From assembly GCF_018350175.1 (NCBI RefSeq), contig NC_058373.1:114392001-114456000 (forward strand): DNA of 64,000 nucleotides, in the 5' to 3' direction. Positions within the stretch are counted from its first letter, which is position 1, and each line of letters opens with the position of its first letter. Source of the DNA: Felis catus. Lineage: Eukaryota. The notes beneath the pieces were generated by a model. The model searched no databases, was not told the origin of the DNA, and saw only the letters and a list, made by a program, of their open reading frames with translations. The translations under genes and the position numbers were made by a program. Below, in pieces: positions 22,101-34,915 of the stretch.

Positions 22101-23559
22101 GGACCTCTGCCACCTGAGACCCTGGAACAGCTGTAAGGTCTCTGGATTAGAGAGAGGTGGAGGTACGGCCAAGTGCGGCCTGAGAGTTACGTGGTTTAGA
22201 TTCACCTGTAGTGCTTGTGGAATGCAGATTCCTGAGCTTGGACCCAGGCCCAGTGAATCAGATGGTCTGGGTGGGGATTCAGATGCTCTGGGGTGGGGTC
22301 AGGAATCTGCATTTCTAGTAATTTCCTGCTAGTGACTCAGACATTGAGGTCTGAGAATCAGTGGTCCAAAACGTTGAAGTTGGGCCATTCTGGATCCAAA
22401 TCTTGGCCCTGCCATTTTCTAGCCGTGTGACTTTTCAAGACAGTGACCAAAGCCTCTGTTTTCTCATCCCTAAAATATGGATGATAATACCGCCTAAAAT
22501 TGGCCGCTAAAGTGCTTAGTTTCAACCCTAGCAGAACCCTTTTATATGCCTAGCCATTGTATGTAAACGAAACCATTCTTGAGGCCTTATTACACCACAA
22601 AACACATTTTGGGGAGTATTCACTTTGCAAAAGGATGCTTCAGTATGAACATCCGTGAAATGGTCAGCTAACAACTTTGACCCCTTCTGCGCCTTCTCCT
22701 TCCTTGCCTGGGCCTGCCTAGAGACACAGGATAGCCCAGGAGTTTTGAGCCACCTAGACTTTGAGGGGAAGCCCAACTCTGCCAGCTGGTCACCAGTTGC
22801 ACAACCTCAAGCAGGTCACTTATTCTCTGGGGTGGTCGGGAAGGTTAAACTCTTCCAGCCAGTGCTTAGCTCCAACAGCCACTTGCCCTCCAGTCACTCC
22901 AAACTGTAGCAGTTGCTGGTGGTTTGCTGCACAGCCCTCCCTGGGGCTTTGCTCAAGAGGTTCCTTCTGCTGGGGTTTCACGCAGCTCCCAGAGCAGGCA
23001 AAATACCTCTCTCGCAGCAGGCCCACTGCAGCCTGCGGCACTCCGGCATTCTACTGCATTTTATGGGAATTATCTGTTTACTCCCACTGGACCTGTCAAC
23101 TCCTGGAGGGCAAGGGCAGCTCTATTACCTGGGTCTCAGGAGTAGGTCGTGAGTAGGTACGCAATTCATTTTTTTTCCCCAGCTTTTACAGCACCTGCTG
23201 TTGTAACCATTAGGATACTTTGGTCACCCTAAACCCGGCAGTGGGAATAGAAGAAGGATGGACGAGGCTCCAGGAGTGACAGGAAGGGGGGAGGCCTTGG
23301 GCTCTGCCATCAGGGGAGATGGCACCCTTGCCAGGTTCAGAAGGCCAGAGCTGGTAATTCAGGAAGGCTGGGCTTCCACGGCTTGCCAAGGGCAAGTTCT
23401 GTGCAGCTGTTAAGAGGTGACATAGTCTAATGGAATGAGCACTGGTCGAGGAGTCAGGAATCTTGGATTCTAGAGCTACTCTGCCACTAGTTCAGTAGGT
23501 CATTCTCTACTCCGGGCTTCCATATTCTGCTCTGTAGATGGAGAGCATTAGACTAGGCA

Positions 23560-23730
23560 GGTGGTACTCGAATATCACGCTGAGCAGAATTACCTGGGGA
23601 GCTTTTAAAGCTATACAGATGCCCTGCGCCACCCCATCCCAGTCCAGCCTCCTCCAAAGATTCCACTTCAGTTGGTCTGGTGTGAGGCCCAGCATTTGTA
23701 TCTTCTAAGCTGTCCAGATAATTCTATTGT
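23560..23730. mobile_element. MER5-like DNA transposon fragment
   Basis: AGAATTACCTGGGGAGCTTTTAAA...GGCCCAGCATTTGTATCTTCTAAGCT. Confidence 0.55.
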
Positions 23731-23775
23731 GAATCTATTATGAACCCAGAAGCACTGGATTTGATTATGTTAGAT

Positions 23776-23999
23776 CAGTAGTTCTCAACCAGGGATGATT
23801 TTGCCCCCCACCCCCACCCCATGAACATTTGGCAATGTCTAGATACATTTTGGGTTGTCACTATTGGGAGGTGGGGAGGTCAGTGCTACTGGCATCTAGA
23901 AGATAGAGGCCTGATATGCTGCTAAACATCCACACAATAGCCCCCACAACAAAATTTATCTGACCCAAAATGTCCATGGTACCCAAACTGAAAAACCCA
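23776..23999 (+). mobile_element. MER20 (hAT-Charlie DNA transposon)
   Basis: CAGTAGTTCTCAACCAGGGATGATTTTGCCCCCCA...CATTTGGCAATGTCTAGA...TGCTACTGGCATCTAG...CCCCCACAACAAA matches MER20. Confidence 0.85.
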
Positions 24000-24104
24000 G
24001 TTTTAGAGGTTCTTTCCAACTCCCAAGATCCCTGCATACTTAGTTAGGCTCTATCCCCACTCCCCCTGAAACCCTTCTCCTTAGGGCAGCCCAAGTGATC
24101 TTTT

Positions 24105-24277
24105 TTCTTTTCTTGTTTTTTTTTTTTTTTCACGTTTATTTATTTATTTTGAGAGACAGAGCTCTTCGCTGTCAATGCAGAGCCTGACGCAGGGCTCAAT
24201 CCTCTGAACCATGAGATCACGACCTGAGCTGAAATCAAGAGTCAGACGCTTAACCTATTCAGCCACCCAGGTGCCCC
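24105..24277 (-). mobile_element. Can-SINE (internally deleted)
   Basis: Ends GCCACCCAGGTGCCCC. TSD CCAAGTGATCTTTT (24091-24104, 24279-24292). Confidence 0.88.
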
Positions 24278-24307
24278 TCCAAGTGATCTTTTCCAAAACC
24301 TAGATCT

Positions 24308-24431
24308 AGGGTGCCTGGCTGTCTTAGTCAGTGGAGCATACCGCTCTTGATCTCAGGGTTGTGACTTCCAGCCCACATTGGGTGTAGAGATTACTTAAAA
24401 ATAGAATCTTTAAACAACAACAACAACAACA
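24308..24431 (+). mobile_element. Short older carnivore SINE
   Basis: GGGTGCCTGGCTG...GGGTGTAGAGATTACTTAAAAATAG, (AAC)n tail, AAACCTAGA flanking repeats. Confidence 0.75.
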
Positions 24432-24919
24432 CCCCCCAAACCTAGACCTGATCTTGTGTTACACTTGCCTAAAAACCTTGGCTACCCATCCTTGTTGGAA
24501 TAAAAACCATACCCATAGTCCAGCACAGTTTGACTCTCTTACTGCTCCAGTCTGGACTTTCATACCCCTCCCTCCCTCCCACCACTTCTCCCACCCCCCA
24601 GGGCACCCCCTTTGCTCTGGTCAATTTCAGATGAAAATGAAGGATACTTCCTTCTACCCTAGGGCCTTGACACTTGTTATTTCTCCTGTCTGAACTGACC
24701 TTCCTTTGGCCCAAATAAATTCTAAATCATCCTTTAGAATCCAGCTCAAGCATCACTCCCTCCAAGACAAGGTATCTCTCTCCTCTCTGAAGTCCTCATG
24801 GAATGTTCATTTCGTTCAGAGTAGTTATTTCCGTTTATAAGTATATGTTCATTCCTGTCACTTTTTTTTTTCTTTTTAATTTCACATGCAGAAAAATTGA
24901 CCTATCTTTGGTGTACAGA

Positions 24920-25102
24920 TTTTTTTTTTTTTAATTTTAGGGATGGAGAGAGACAGCACAGGAGCCAGGGAGAGGAGCAGAGGGAGTGAGAGTGAATCCT
25001 AAGTAAGCTCCCCGCTCAGCGGGGAGCCTGATGCAGGCTCCACCCAGGACCCTGGGATCGTGATCTGAGCCGAAATCAAGAGTCAGAGCCACCCAGGCGC
25101 CC
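24920..25102 (-). mobile_element. Can-SINE inside L1
   Basis: GTGATCTGAGCCGAAATCAAGAGTCAG...CCACCCAGGCGCCC. Confidence 0.85.
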
Positions 25103-25608
25103 TTAGCATGCAGACTTTTAATGTGAATAGATTAATCACCACCATGACCAGGAAACAGAACAGCTCCATCACCCCCAAAAACTTCCCTCATGCTACCCCC
25201 TTGTAGTCATGTGCTTCCCCTCCCTTCACTCTGCAACCACCGATCTGGTCCCTATACTGTAGTTTCATCTTTTCCAGAATGCCATATAAATAGAATCATA
25301 TAGGATGTATGATTTCACACAACGTAATGCCTTTGAGATTTATCCATGTTGTTGCATGTATCGCTAGTTCATTCCTTTTTGTTGAAGAACACTATTTCAC
25401 TGTATGGGTGCACCATTGTTTATTCACCTGTTGAAAGACATTGGATTATTTCTAGTTAGGGGCCCTGATGAATAGAGCTGCAGTAGCATTTGTGTACGGA
25501 TTTTTCTGTGAACACGGTGCCTATTTCTCTAGGGTAAATAAGTAGGAGTGGGATTGCGGGGTCAAATGGTAAGTGTATGTGGAAGTTTATGTTAAAAACT
25601 GCCAAACT

Positions 25609-25729
25609 GGGGCGCCTGGGTGGCTCAGTCGTTGAGCTTCCAACACTTGATTTCCACTCAGGTCATGATCTCACAGTGAGTTCAATCCTTGAGTCTGGCT
25701 CTGCACTGACAGCATGGAGCCTGCTTGGG

Positions 25730-25777
<48 letters not shown>

Positions 25778-25830
25778 CCCCTCCCCTGCTCACATGCTCT
25801 CTCTCAAAATAAATAAGTAACATTTAAAAA
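25609..25830 (+). mobile_element. Can-SINE inside L1
   Basis: Head, long (CT)n linker, CTGCCAAACT TSD. Confidence 0.9.
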
Positions 25831-26158
25831 GAAACCTGCCAAACTGTTTCCCAGAGTGGATATACCATTAGGCATCTCCAACAGCAATATGTAAGTTACA
25901 TGTAAGCAACAGTTGTTCCACACCCTGACACCAAGCCTTACGATTGTCCGTATTTTTTATTTCAGTCATTCCAATAGTGTGTGGTAGTATCTCATTATGG
26001 TTTTAATTTGCATTTCATTCATGGCTAATGATGTTAAACATCTTTTCATGTACTTATTTGCTATATGTGTATGTCCTCTTTGGTGAAATATCTGTCCAGG
26101 TCTTGCCCATTTTTAAAACTGGGTTATTTGTTTTCCCACTCTTGAGTATTGAGAGTTC

Positions 26159-26490
26159 TTTTTTTTTTTTTTAATGTTTATTTATTTTTGAGAGAGAGTC
26201 AGAGCGCGAGCGGGGGAGGGGCACATAAAGAAGGAGACACAGAATCTGAAGCAAAATGTGCAGAGCCCGATGCAGGGCTCCACCTCACAAACTGTCAGAT
26301 CATGACCTGAGCCGAAGTCAGACTCTTAACCGACTGAGCCACCCAGGTGCCCCTCTTTTTTTTTTTAAGCTATTTTATTTATTTATTTTTAAAATGTTTG
26401 TTTGTTTGTTTATTGGGAGAGAGGGAGAGAGCAGAAATCCTAAGTAGGCTCCATGCTGTCATCACAGAGCAGGATGCCACCCAGGCGCCC
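26159..26490 (-). mobile_element. Two tandem Can-SINEs (26159-26353 and a deleted copy at 26357-26490)
   Basis: Two CCACCCAGGYGCCC termini. The pair is flanked by GAGRGTTCTTT. Confidence 0.85.
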
Positions 26491-26847
26491 GGAGGGTTCT
26501 TTATATATTCTAGATACAGTTGCTTTGTTGGATATGTGATGTGCAAATATTTTCTTCAGTCTGCACCTTAGCTTTTCATTCTCTGAGCAAAATATTTTTC
26601 ACAGAGCAGAAGGTTTCAGTTTTGATGACTTTTTTTCAGTTTTTCTTTTGTGGATCATGCTTTTAATGTTGCATCTCACACTCTTTACCTGACCCTGCAT
26701 TAAGATTTTTTCTTTTAAAATTTAATAGTTTTATGCTTTACACTTAGATCTGTGATCCATCTTGAGTTAGTTTTTATATACAATGCGAAATTTAGGTTGA
26801 GGTTTGTTTTTTTGCCTTTGGGTGTTCAATCCTAACACTATTGTTGG

Positions 26848-27105
26848 GTTTTTTTTTTAAGTTTATTTATTTTGAGAGAGAGAGAGAGGGGGGAGAGAGA
26901 GAGAGAGAGAGAGAGAGGGAGAACGAGATGGGGAGGAGCAGAGAAAGGGAGAGAGACAGAATCCCAAGCAGGCTCTGCACTGTTAGCGCAGAGCCCCATG
27001 CAGGGCTGGAACCCACGAACTGTGAGATCATGACCTGAGCCGAGATCATGACCTGAGCTGAGGTCAAGAGCCAGATGCTTACCAACTGAGCAACTCAGGC
27101 CACCC
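26848..27105 (-). mobile_element. Can-SINE with an internal 18-bp tandem duplication
   Basis: (GA)n linker, with GAGATCATGACCTGAGC present twice. Confidence 0.88.
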
Positions 27106-27544
27106 CCCCCCCCCAGCACTGTTTATTAAAGAGACTATCATTTGTCCATTGAATTGTTTGCGCCTATTCAAAAATCAGTTGGTCATAGTTGTATGGGTCT
27201 CTTTATTCTGTTTCACTGGTCTGTGTGTCCATTCTTTTGCCAGTGCTACACTTGTCTCGGTTATCATGGCTTCATGGGAAGTCTTAAAATCAGGTGGTGT
27301 AATTCCTCCAACTTTATTCTTATTTTTCAAAATTATTCTCATGAGTGTGCCTTTTCATATGAATTTCAGAATCATCTTGTCTGTATCTTCCAAAAAAATT
27401 GTGCTGGGAATTTTATTAGAATTGCATTAAACCTATAGATCAATTCAAGAAGAAGTGACATCTTTACCATGTTGAGTCTTCTAATCCATGTACATGGTAT
27501 GTCTATTTATGTAGGTTTTTGGTTTCTTGAATCAGTGTTTTATA

Positions 27545-27668
27545 GTTTTTATTTATATGTATTTTTAAGTACGCTCCTTGCCCAGCGTGGAGCCCATGAC
27601 CCCGAGATCAAGACCTGAGCTGAGATCAAAAGTTGGATGCTTAACCAACCAAGCCACCCAGACACCCC
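27545..27668 (-). mobile_element. Older Can-SINE fragment
   Basis: GAGATCAAGACCTGAGCTGAGATCAAAAGTTGGATGCTTAACC...GCCACCCAGACACCCC. Confidence 0.75.
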
Positions 27669-28127
27669 TTTGTAGTGTTTCGCCTATAGATCCTACACGT
27701 TTTGTTAGATTTATACCTAGTATTTCCCTCCTTTGGGGAACTATTATTTTTTCTTAATTTCAGTTCCTAATTTTTCATGGCTAGTGTATAGAAATACAGT
27801 TTTTTGTGCATTGGCCTTGTATCCTGTGTTCTAAGTCACCTTAGTTGTAAGAAGGTTTTTTTGGTAGATTCCTTAAGTTTTGTTTTGTGTGTATGTGTTT
27901 TTAACATAGACAATTATCTGCAAATAGGAACAGCTTAATTTCTTCCTTTCCAATCTCATGCCTTACATTTCTTTTTCCTGCCTTATTGCCCTGTCTAGGA
28001 CTTCCAGTATGATACTGAATAGGCATTCATGAGTGGACACCCTCACCTGATCCCAATCTTAGGGGAAAGCATTCAGTCTTTGACTATTAAGTACAACATT
28101 GGTTTCAGGTTATTTTACAGTCGTTTA

Positions 28128-28343
28128 ACTTTTTTGTTGTTGTTTATTTATTTTTGACAGAGAGAGAGAGACAGGGCATGAGTGGGGGAGGGGCAGAGAG
28201 AGAGGGTGACACAGAATCCAAAGCAGGCTCCAAGCTCCAGGCTGTCAGCACAGAGCCCGACGCGGGGCTCAGACTCACAGACCGTGAGGTCATGACCTGA
28301 GCCAAAGTCAGACGCTCAACCGACTGAGCCACCCAGGTGCCCC
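28128..28343 (-). mobile_element. Can-SINE
   Basis: Full length, with GTCRTTTAACTTTTT TSD. Confidence 0.92.
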
Positions 28344-31300
28344 TGGTCATTTAACTTTTTGACATCTCCCTTCCCACTAGGATGTATACTCCATGAGAGC
28401 AGTCTCTCTGCTCTCAACTCAACCTTCAGTGCCTGCAACGGTACCTAACACACAGTTAACAATTCTCTACTTTAGTAACTTATCCAGCCATAACCACTGC
28501 CCTTATGACAGACAGCAGAGGGACTTGGCTGAACATTCAGACATTGTGAAGAATAACTGGACGATAAATACCCCAGTGGATCCAACCAGGCATTAGCCCC
28601 ATGGAGTTGGCCACTTGAAACTGCAGCTTTCTAGCAAGCCATTCTGTGTCGAAGCATTGATCTATCAGGAAAAGATGACCGCAATAAAATAATTATTTCA
28701 GACTGAGAGCATTCTATTCCCAAAGGGAATCTAAACAAAAGCTCTTGGCTCTGAAAAACAGGGGCTTTCAGGGTAAAGAGTCACACTGCTCTGAAATCTT
28801 AGGCCCTCGGATGGGTGGGGTTGTTTCGCTAAATTTATTTCAGCCGCTTATAGAAACACAAGGGGGAAGAGGGGGGTGGCTGCTTGCACACCAGCCCTGG
28901 CTCTGGAGTATTAATATCTGCCGGGGCAGGCTTTTATTTGGGTTTTGTTTCACCTTTTGGGGGTGGGGAGACAGGCAGGCAGCAGGAACATCTCATGGCT
29001 GCACGGCTTCTGAGCTGTGGTTTTCCACCTTTCTCCCTGTGCACTCCCAGCAGGCCCACCCAGCCCCCTCCCGCCTCACCTGAGGGTAGCTCTCTACCCA
29101 CTGAATACCAAGCAGTCTCACCCACGTACCTTTCACATCTACTCTTCTCCCATTTCCAGAAGGGGTCTGAGCGTTCCAAGAGAGTGAGAGTGAGAGATGG
29201 AACCTGCTTGCTTGCTTTCTGGCACAAGTGTGGGGCACCTTTGTCCCTGGCCCCATCAGAACCCCCTACCCAATCCCTTACCCCATCCTCTGTGGCTCTG
29301 CTATTTGCATTTGGGGTTGGGGGGGGGGGGCGGTTCTTGTATACGAAATCCAGGTCTTTTGAATCCTGTCTTCCTTCTCAGCCTCCCCCCAAGCACTGAA
29401 CACACACGTTTCTCGGTGCCTGATACCTGTCACACGCTCACACCCATACGGAGAAAAAGGGGTTACGTGAAACCACCATGTTGCTCTCTAAACACCTGTT
29501 CTCGTCTGAATTTGGAATGCTTTATGGAACACAGGTTAATCACCTCCCACGGATGTGGGAGAAACTGAGGCACAGGAAGCGGAGGTGAGATGTGTATCCG
29601 CCGGCTGGCTCTCAGAGGTACCCACTGAACCGAAAGGCCCAGAGAAACATAGGGCCCCGTGTCTGGGAACTTGCTGTTGGTGCGGCCCGCTGTCTAAGGG
29701 CAGGAAGAGGAGACACACGAGCTGAACAAGCTGCTAGGCTTATGACTCAAATAATTACATGAGAATATGGGGAAGTACCTCACACGGTGCTCGGCCCATG
29801 GGAACCCAACAAATGCCAGCCCCGTTCTTTGGCAAACTCCTGCTTCCTGGCTCACCAGGGAAGATGGCAGACATATCCTCGTCCTCTCCGCTCCCCAGCC
29901 CCCAGTTCAAAAGACTGAACAGGCACTGATGGGAGGGGAAGGTGGCTGCTCCGGGGAGAATAAAGGTTATAGACACAAACTGTAAAGTGCTCACGAGGAA
30001 ACTAAGTTTCTCTTTTGTCCCAGCACCAGCCAGTTGGCTTTGGAATTATCCCTCCAGCCCGGAGTGGGACCAACCCCGCCCTGGGGAGCTGTTCCTTTGA
30101 GGAGCAGGACTCACCTTCCCAGCCAGAACAGGGATCAGACAACTCTTGGAGGGTCGCCCATAGGCAGCGGGAGAGAGGATGGACCTTTGCCACAGCCCTG
30201 TGACTTCTCCCAAGATGAGTTTCTCCTGCCAAATGCACCCTCCACCCTGTGGGGACCACGGGCCCCCAAACCAGGGCCTGCCCTTGTCCCACCAAAGGCA
30301 ACCAGATCTGTTGCAGCTGTTCAGTGAGAGGAAGAGCTCTCCCAGAGACCAGGGAAGTGGCTAGAGAGAGATTCCTGCCAGCCTGGGGGTGTAAATATTT
30401 ATACAACGTGCTATGTGGGCAGAGGGAGGTGGCAGGAACGAGGCGGCCCCGAGACCGCAGAGTGTAGGAGCCTACTCTTTGCGCTCAGGTGGGAAGGGCA
30501 AGAGGCTGCTAGGATCCTAATCCCCCCCTCAACACCCCAAACCCCTACATCAAAGAGGCTGGTCTTTGTCCCCAGCCCTCCTGCCAGAATTGAGAGGAGA
30601 ACTTAAAAGAAAGTTCACCATCCTTCTCCTAAGTCCCCTAACCGTTCATTCCTCCTGGCTAGGATAGGCCTCTCTGCCAGGAAGGAGGCCCCGCCTTCAA
30701 CCAGAGACAGAGCAGCTCCACAGGGCCCAGGCCTAAGGATTTGTGGGCCCCTGGGGCTCATGGTTCTAGAGTTTTTAAGGATGCTCGGCCCCAAGACTTG
30801 GACTCTAGGGCTGAAGGCTTAGAAAATACAAGCAAAATATAAAATAGGCAAAGATTTCTCTCAAGCTTCTATATAATCAACAATACCTTTCCAAAGTAGC
30901 AGTAACATGGTACACGGATGGTGATGAGGAATGGATGGGACTGGCAAGAGAGCAAGGTGTGGAGAAGGTGGGGGAGCCCTTGATGGCACTTCCAGGACAG
31001 CACGTGGCCACCATCACACGGGGCCTAGGAAAAGACAGTGCAGCCCCACGGACGTCCACCTGGTGCTCTTGGGCCCCGGCACCCCAGGACGCAGCTCAGC
31101 CCCAGGTGTGCACTGACTTAGCTGCCCCTCATCTAGGCCGCTAAGGTCTCAGCCAGGACCCAATGGCACTGACGTCCCAGGGTGGGAGGCAAGCCTGGGT
31201 CGGGGGTGGGGGGTGAGGGGGACAGCCAGATGGACTCCAGTCGATCTGCCTCAGACAGCTGGGGAGCAGAGCCAGGATGCGCCTCTCCTCCCTCCCCCAT

Positions 31301-34300
31301 CACTCCAGACAAGGAGGGGCGCGGCTGCAACTTCTTGGGTTTCTCTGCCACCGCGCCCGCGCCCATCGAGAAGCACCACCTGCTTCTATCAGTATGGGGC
31401 TGACCCTGAGGCCCCCCACAGGTGGGGTTTGTGTTGCTCCTCAGCGGCCAACAGCCTTTCAGACACCTGAAATGATCAGGCACCACTTGCATTCCCCGTG
31501 CCCCTTCAAAAACGCACACTGGCAGGAGTGGGGGTGTCGGGAAGGAAGGGCCTTCTACTGGAAAACCGCCTCGGTCTTCCGCCAGAGAGCGAACATCTAA
31601 AGACACCCGGCCTCCTCCAAGAGGCAGCCCCCTCTGCGGCAAGTCCCCCACCCACAGCACATCCCTTTGCGAGTAATACATTCCCAGTGCCCGCACCTCC
31701 CCTGAGCTCCGGCCTTTAGGGTGGAATCTGGTGAATGCCCCACCTGTCTGCTCAGAGAGGGACGGATTCCACTGCCGCCCTGAGCAGTGGGGCCCAGGCC
31801 CACACACACCGTGGAGGAAACACCATCTGCCCCAACCCTCAGCCCGGGGCCTGGCAGCCGATGTCAACCCTCACAGGGGGAGAGCAGCCCTGTCCCCAGC
31901 CCTCCCTCTCCAGAAGGGAGCTCCTCTTCCAGGGACACCAGGGCTGCGGTGAGAATCTTCAGATGCTCAGGTCCTCTTCTGCCGCCATGGCTCTGCCTGC
32001 CGGCTGTGGCCTCCTTCTTGCCAGCACTGCTTAAACAGATGAGCAAGAATAAAAGCCTGTGTGGCCCAAGGAAAGCTTTAGGGGAAAGAACTGACGCTGA
32101 AGGAAAAGGAGGGGAAGGACTCTTAAGAAACGGGAGAGGAGGGGAATTCAGGAAACAGACAAAATAAACCGTCCGAGAATCCAGATGTAAAACGAGGGAA
32201 GCCAAAAAAGAAAGAAAAATTATGCTAAGAAGGCAAAGCTGGGGTGGGGAAGGGAATTGAGAATGAAGAAGAAGGGGGGGGGCGGTTATAAATATGCTGA
32301 AAAGAGAGAAGAATGGGAGAGCAAACAACACCAGAAAAAAATAAAAAATAGAGACCCAGGAGAGAGACAGAGGCAGCAGTGAGTTTAAAACTGCTTTGAC
32401 CCTCAACCAGCCACACTCCTAATGTTCTGAGTCTTAGTGCTTGAGTCTTGTTGATTTCAGAGCCTTCCAACAAGAGCAAAGGACAATCCTAGGAAAGCAA
32501 GCTTTCCTCCCTGCGTGTTTTTCCTACAATTCCCCCAGTGCATCTCCACTGTTGCTCTTTTTCGGGGGTAGAGCTCATCTCCCTGGGGCAAGGCGGAAAA
32601 GCATTCCAGTCCGCCCCAGACTCTGGTGGCTTCCATCATGGTGGCCCCTGGAGGGCCCACTGGAGGATCTGAGCAGCAGGAGCCCTGTGGTGGGAGAAGC
32701 ACCGGGTTGTGATGCAGCTGTGCTGTCAGCTTTTCATCCTCCACGGAGGGGCTTACCCCAGCCACCTCTCTGTGGACCAGGGCTAACCTGGAACAGAGGG
32801 GCTCTGCAAAGCCAGAGGAGTCCCAGCAAATGCAACTTTTGGAAACAACTTGGATGATTTAGTTTCCAGGCATTCCCAAGGGGACCTAAAGATAGCTACA
32901 GTTTTCCCATTGCTGGGTTGGCAAACAGCTCCTTGAAGCTCACCTTTAATGCCTTGTATTCATAAACTCCATGAGCACCGGCAGAAGATTCTGGTTCCTC
33001 TCCCTTTGTTGGCTTGGCCTTTCAGCCTTGTGTTGCCTGTCTCTCTTCTGGAGTCAGCCAGCGTCTCTCGTCTGTGTCTGCTTAGGTCGTTCGTTTCCCT
33101 TAGGTTATCACTCCCCCTCTGCCCACTCTTCCATTTCTCTAGGGCAGCAGGAGTAGGGAGAAAGGCTAAAAACAAACCAAGGCAAAATCAAGCAGCAGAG
33201 GAAGTAAGTGAGTTTGGTTTAGCGGCCAGCGTTGGGGCTGTCTGCAGTGGGGGTGGCAGGCTCCTGATGGACGGGGGTCTGAGCCTCCCCAGGCCCCCTG
33301 AAACTGCTCCTCCAAAGTTCAGCCAAGGGGAAGCCACACAGGCTGAACTCTGACTGACAAGGACAAAGAAAACGGTTCTTGCACCAGCCCTTCTCCCCAA
33401 GAATTCTTAAGTGCTTGACCCTGGTTCTGTACGTTCCAAAAGTCGTATGTTTCTTCGCTCAAAAACTGAGGGATGGACACAATGGACAGAAGGGATGTCT
33501 AGGTTGTAGCCTTAGATACTCAAGCCGGTTTCTTCTCATCCCTCCTAACCTTCAAACCTGCCACAATCGTATAATCTGTGACTCAAACTATTATTTAACC
33601 ATGAAAAAAGACAAACCAGGAAATTAGAGGCTGAATGACCTAAAATTTATTCCATTCAACTGAGCTAATCTCCTAATAAGGGTGTGTATAATAATAAGTC
33701 ATGCTATATCTGTTCTGGAAGATGTGAACATTGCAGGGGAAAGCGCATGGTGATTGCAGATCCTAACTTGTTGAGATTTGTCCTCAAAAGGGTAAGTGCC
33801 TGGTCCTAGGCCAAGCTGCCTAGCAGTTTGCCAGATGAGTCTCAACATTTGGGAACCGATGTTGCAGCAAAGAGTGCCCAGTGTGCGGGCCGACCCCATT
33901 CAAACCCCTCACTGCCACCTCCTAGGCGAGCAAGGCACTTACCTGCCTCCTTTAGTCTCCTCCACTATGAAATGGCAATGACAGCAATCCTGATCTCCTG
34001 GGGCTGCTGCTGTGAGGACAGATGAGCGAGGCGCTTGGCACATGTGAGCAGCCCCCCTCCCTCCCATCAACCCCCCCCCCCCAGTCAACTGTTGCTGTAT
34101 GTTAAGCAGCGAATTGGCAAGACTAAGGAGAAGGCTGGAGGCCCCACCAAGTGGGGTTCCACGGAGTCACTGGAACACAGTCAAGTATCCCAAGCAAGAG
34201 AGAGAAGAGGGTCCCAGAGGAAGCCCAGGCAGCTGGCGGGTGGAGCACTGCATGGAGAGCCAAGGACAGCCACTCAGAGCGTGGGGGCTGCACTCCAGTC

Positions 34301-34619
34301 CTGCTGCGTTAGCTCAACTCCTTGCATCCCCACCCTTGCATGGGTTCACCCTTACATGAAACCCAGCGCTAGCTCCCACTGGGTGCACAGCACCGGCCAG
34401 GCCCAGGGCTGTAGGGGGAGCAAGGTTACTAAGGGATCACTGGCCTCCGAGACTTCATGACCAGGCATTTCTGCCCAAATTCAGAAATCTGCCCTTTCAG
34501 GAGCCAGACTGTGAGGATATGACCAAATGCTGAGACATTCTTACTTCAGGGCCAGTTTTCTTTCTTTAAGTGGAAAGGCAAAGAGTTCAGAAATGTGCTG
34601 GAAATGTGAACACGAAATG

Positions 34620-34915
34620 GAATCTTGTTAACATTTAAGGACTATTGCTAATTTCTAGGTGAGGTAAAAGACAATATGGCTAAGTTTAATGAGGCCCTTT
34701 TATTTAGAGATACATACTGAAATACTGGCAGGTAAAATGCTATGCTCTGATATGTAGCATTTACTTCAATATTATATGGGAGGTGGAGAGGCGGACGGTG
34801 GTATAAATGGACAAGCTTGGCCAAGAGTTGGTGCTGTGGGTGGTGGGTACATGGGGATTCATCACACTACTCTGTCTCTTCCCATATATGTTTGAAATTT
34901 TCCATAATAAAAGGT
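34620..34915 (+). mobile_element. L1ME-like 3' end
   Basis: GGGTACATGGGGATTCATCACACTACTCT...TTTGAAATTTTCCATAATAAAA. Confidence 0.7.

Larger units (their letters stand above)
24860..28110 (-). mobile_element. Old L1 (L1M) 3' UTR/ORF2 remnant interrupted by at least six SINEs
   Basis: Typical antisense L1 phrases: CCAGAATGCCATATAAATAGAATCATA, GTGGTAGTATCTCATTATGGTTTTAATTTGCATTTC, ATTGCATTAAACCTATAGATCAATT, AGGGGAAAGCATTCAGTCTT. Confidence 0.85.

Noticed and set aside
31133..31867. 244-aa minus-strand ORF (likewise 6163-6843 and 46415-47092)
   Set aside because: Non-ATG starts, no recognisable homology, no supporting exon structure.
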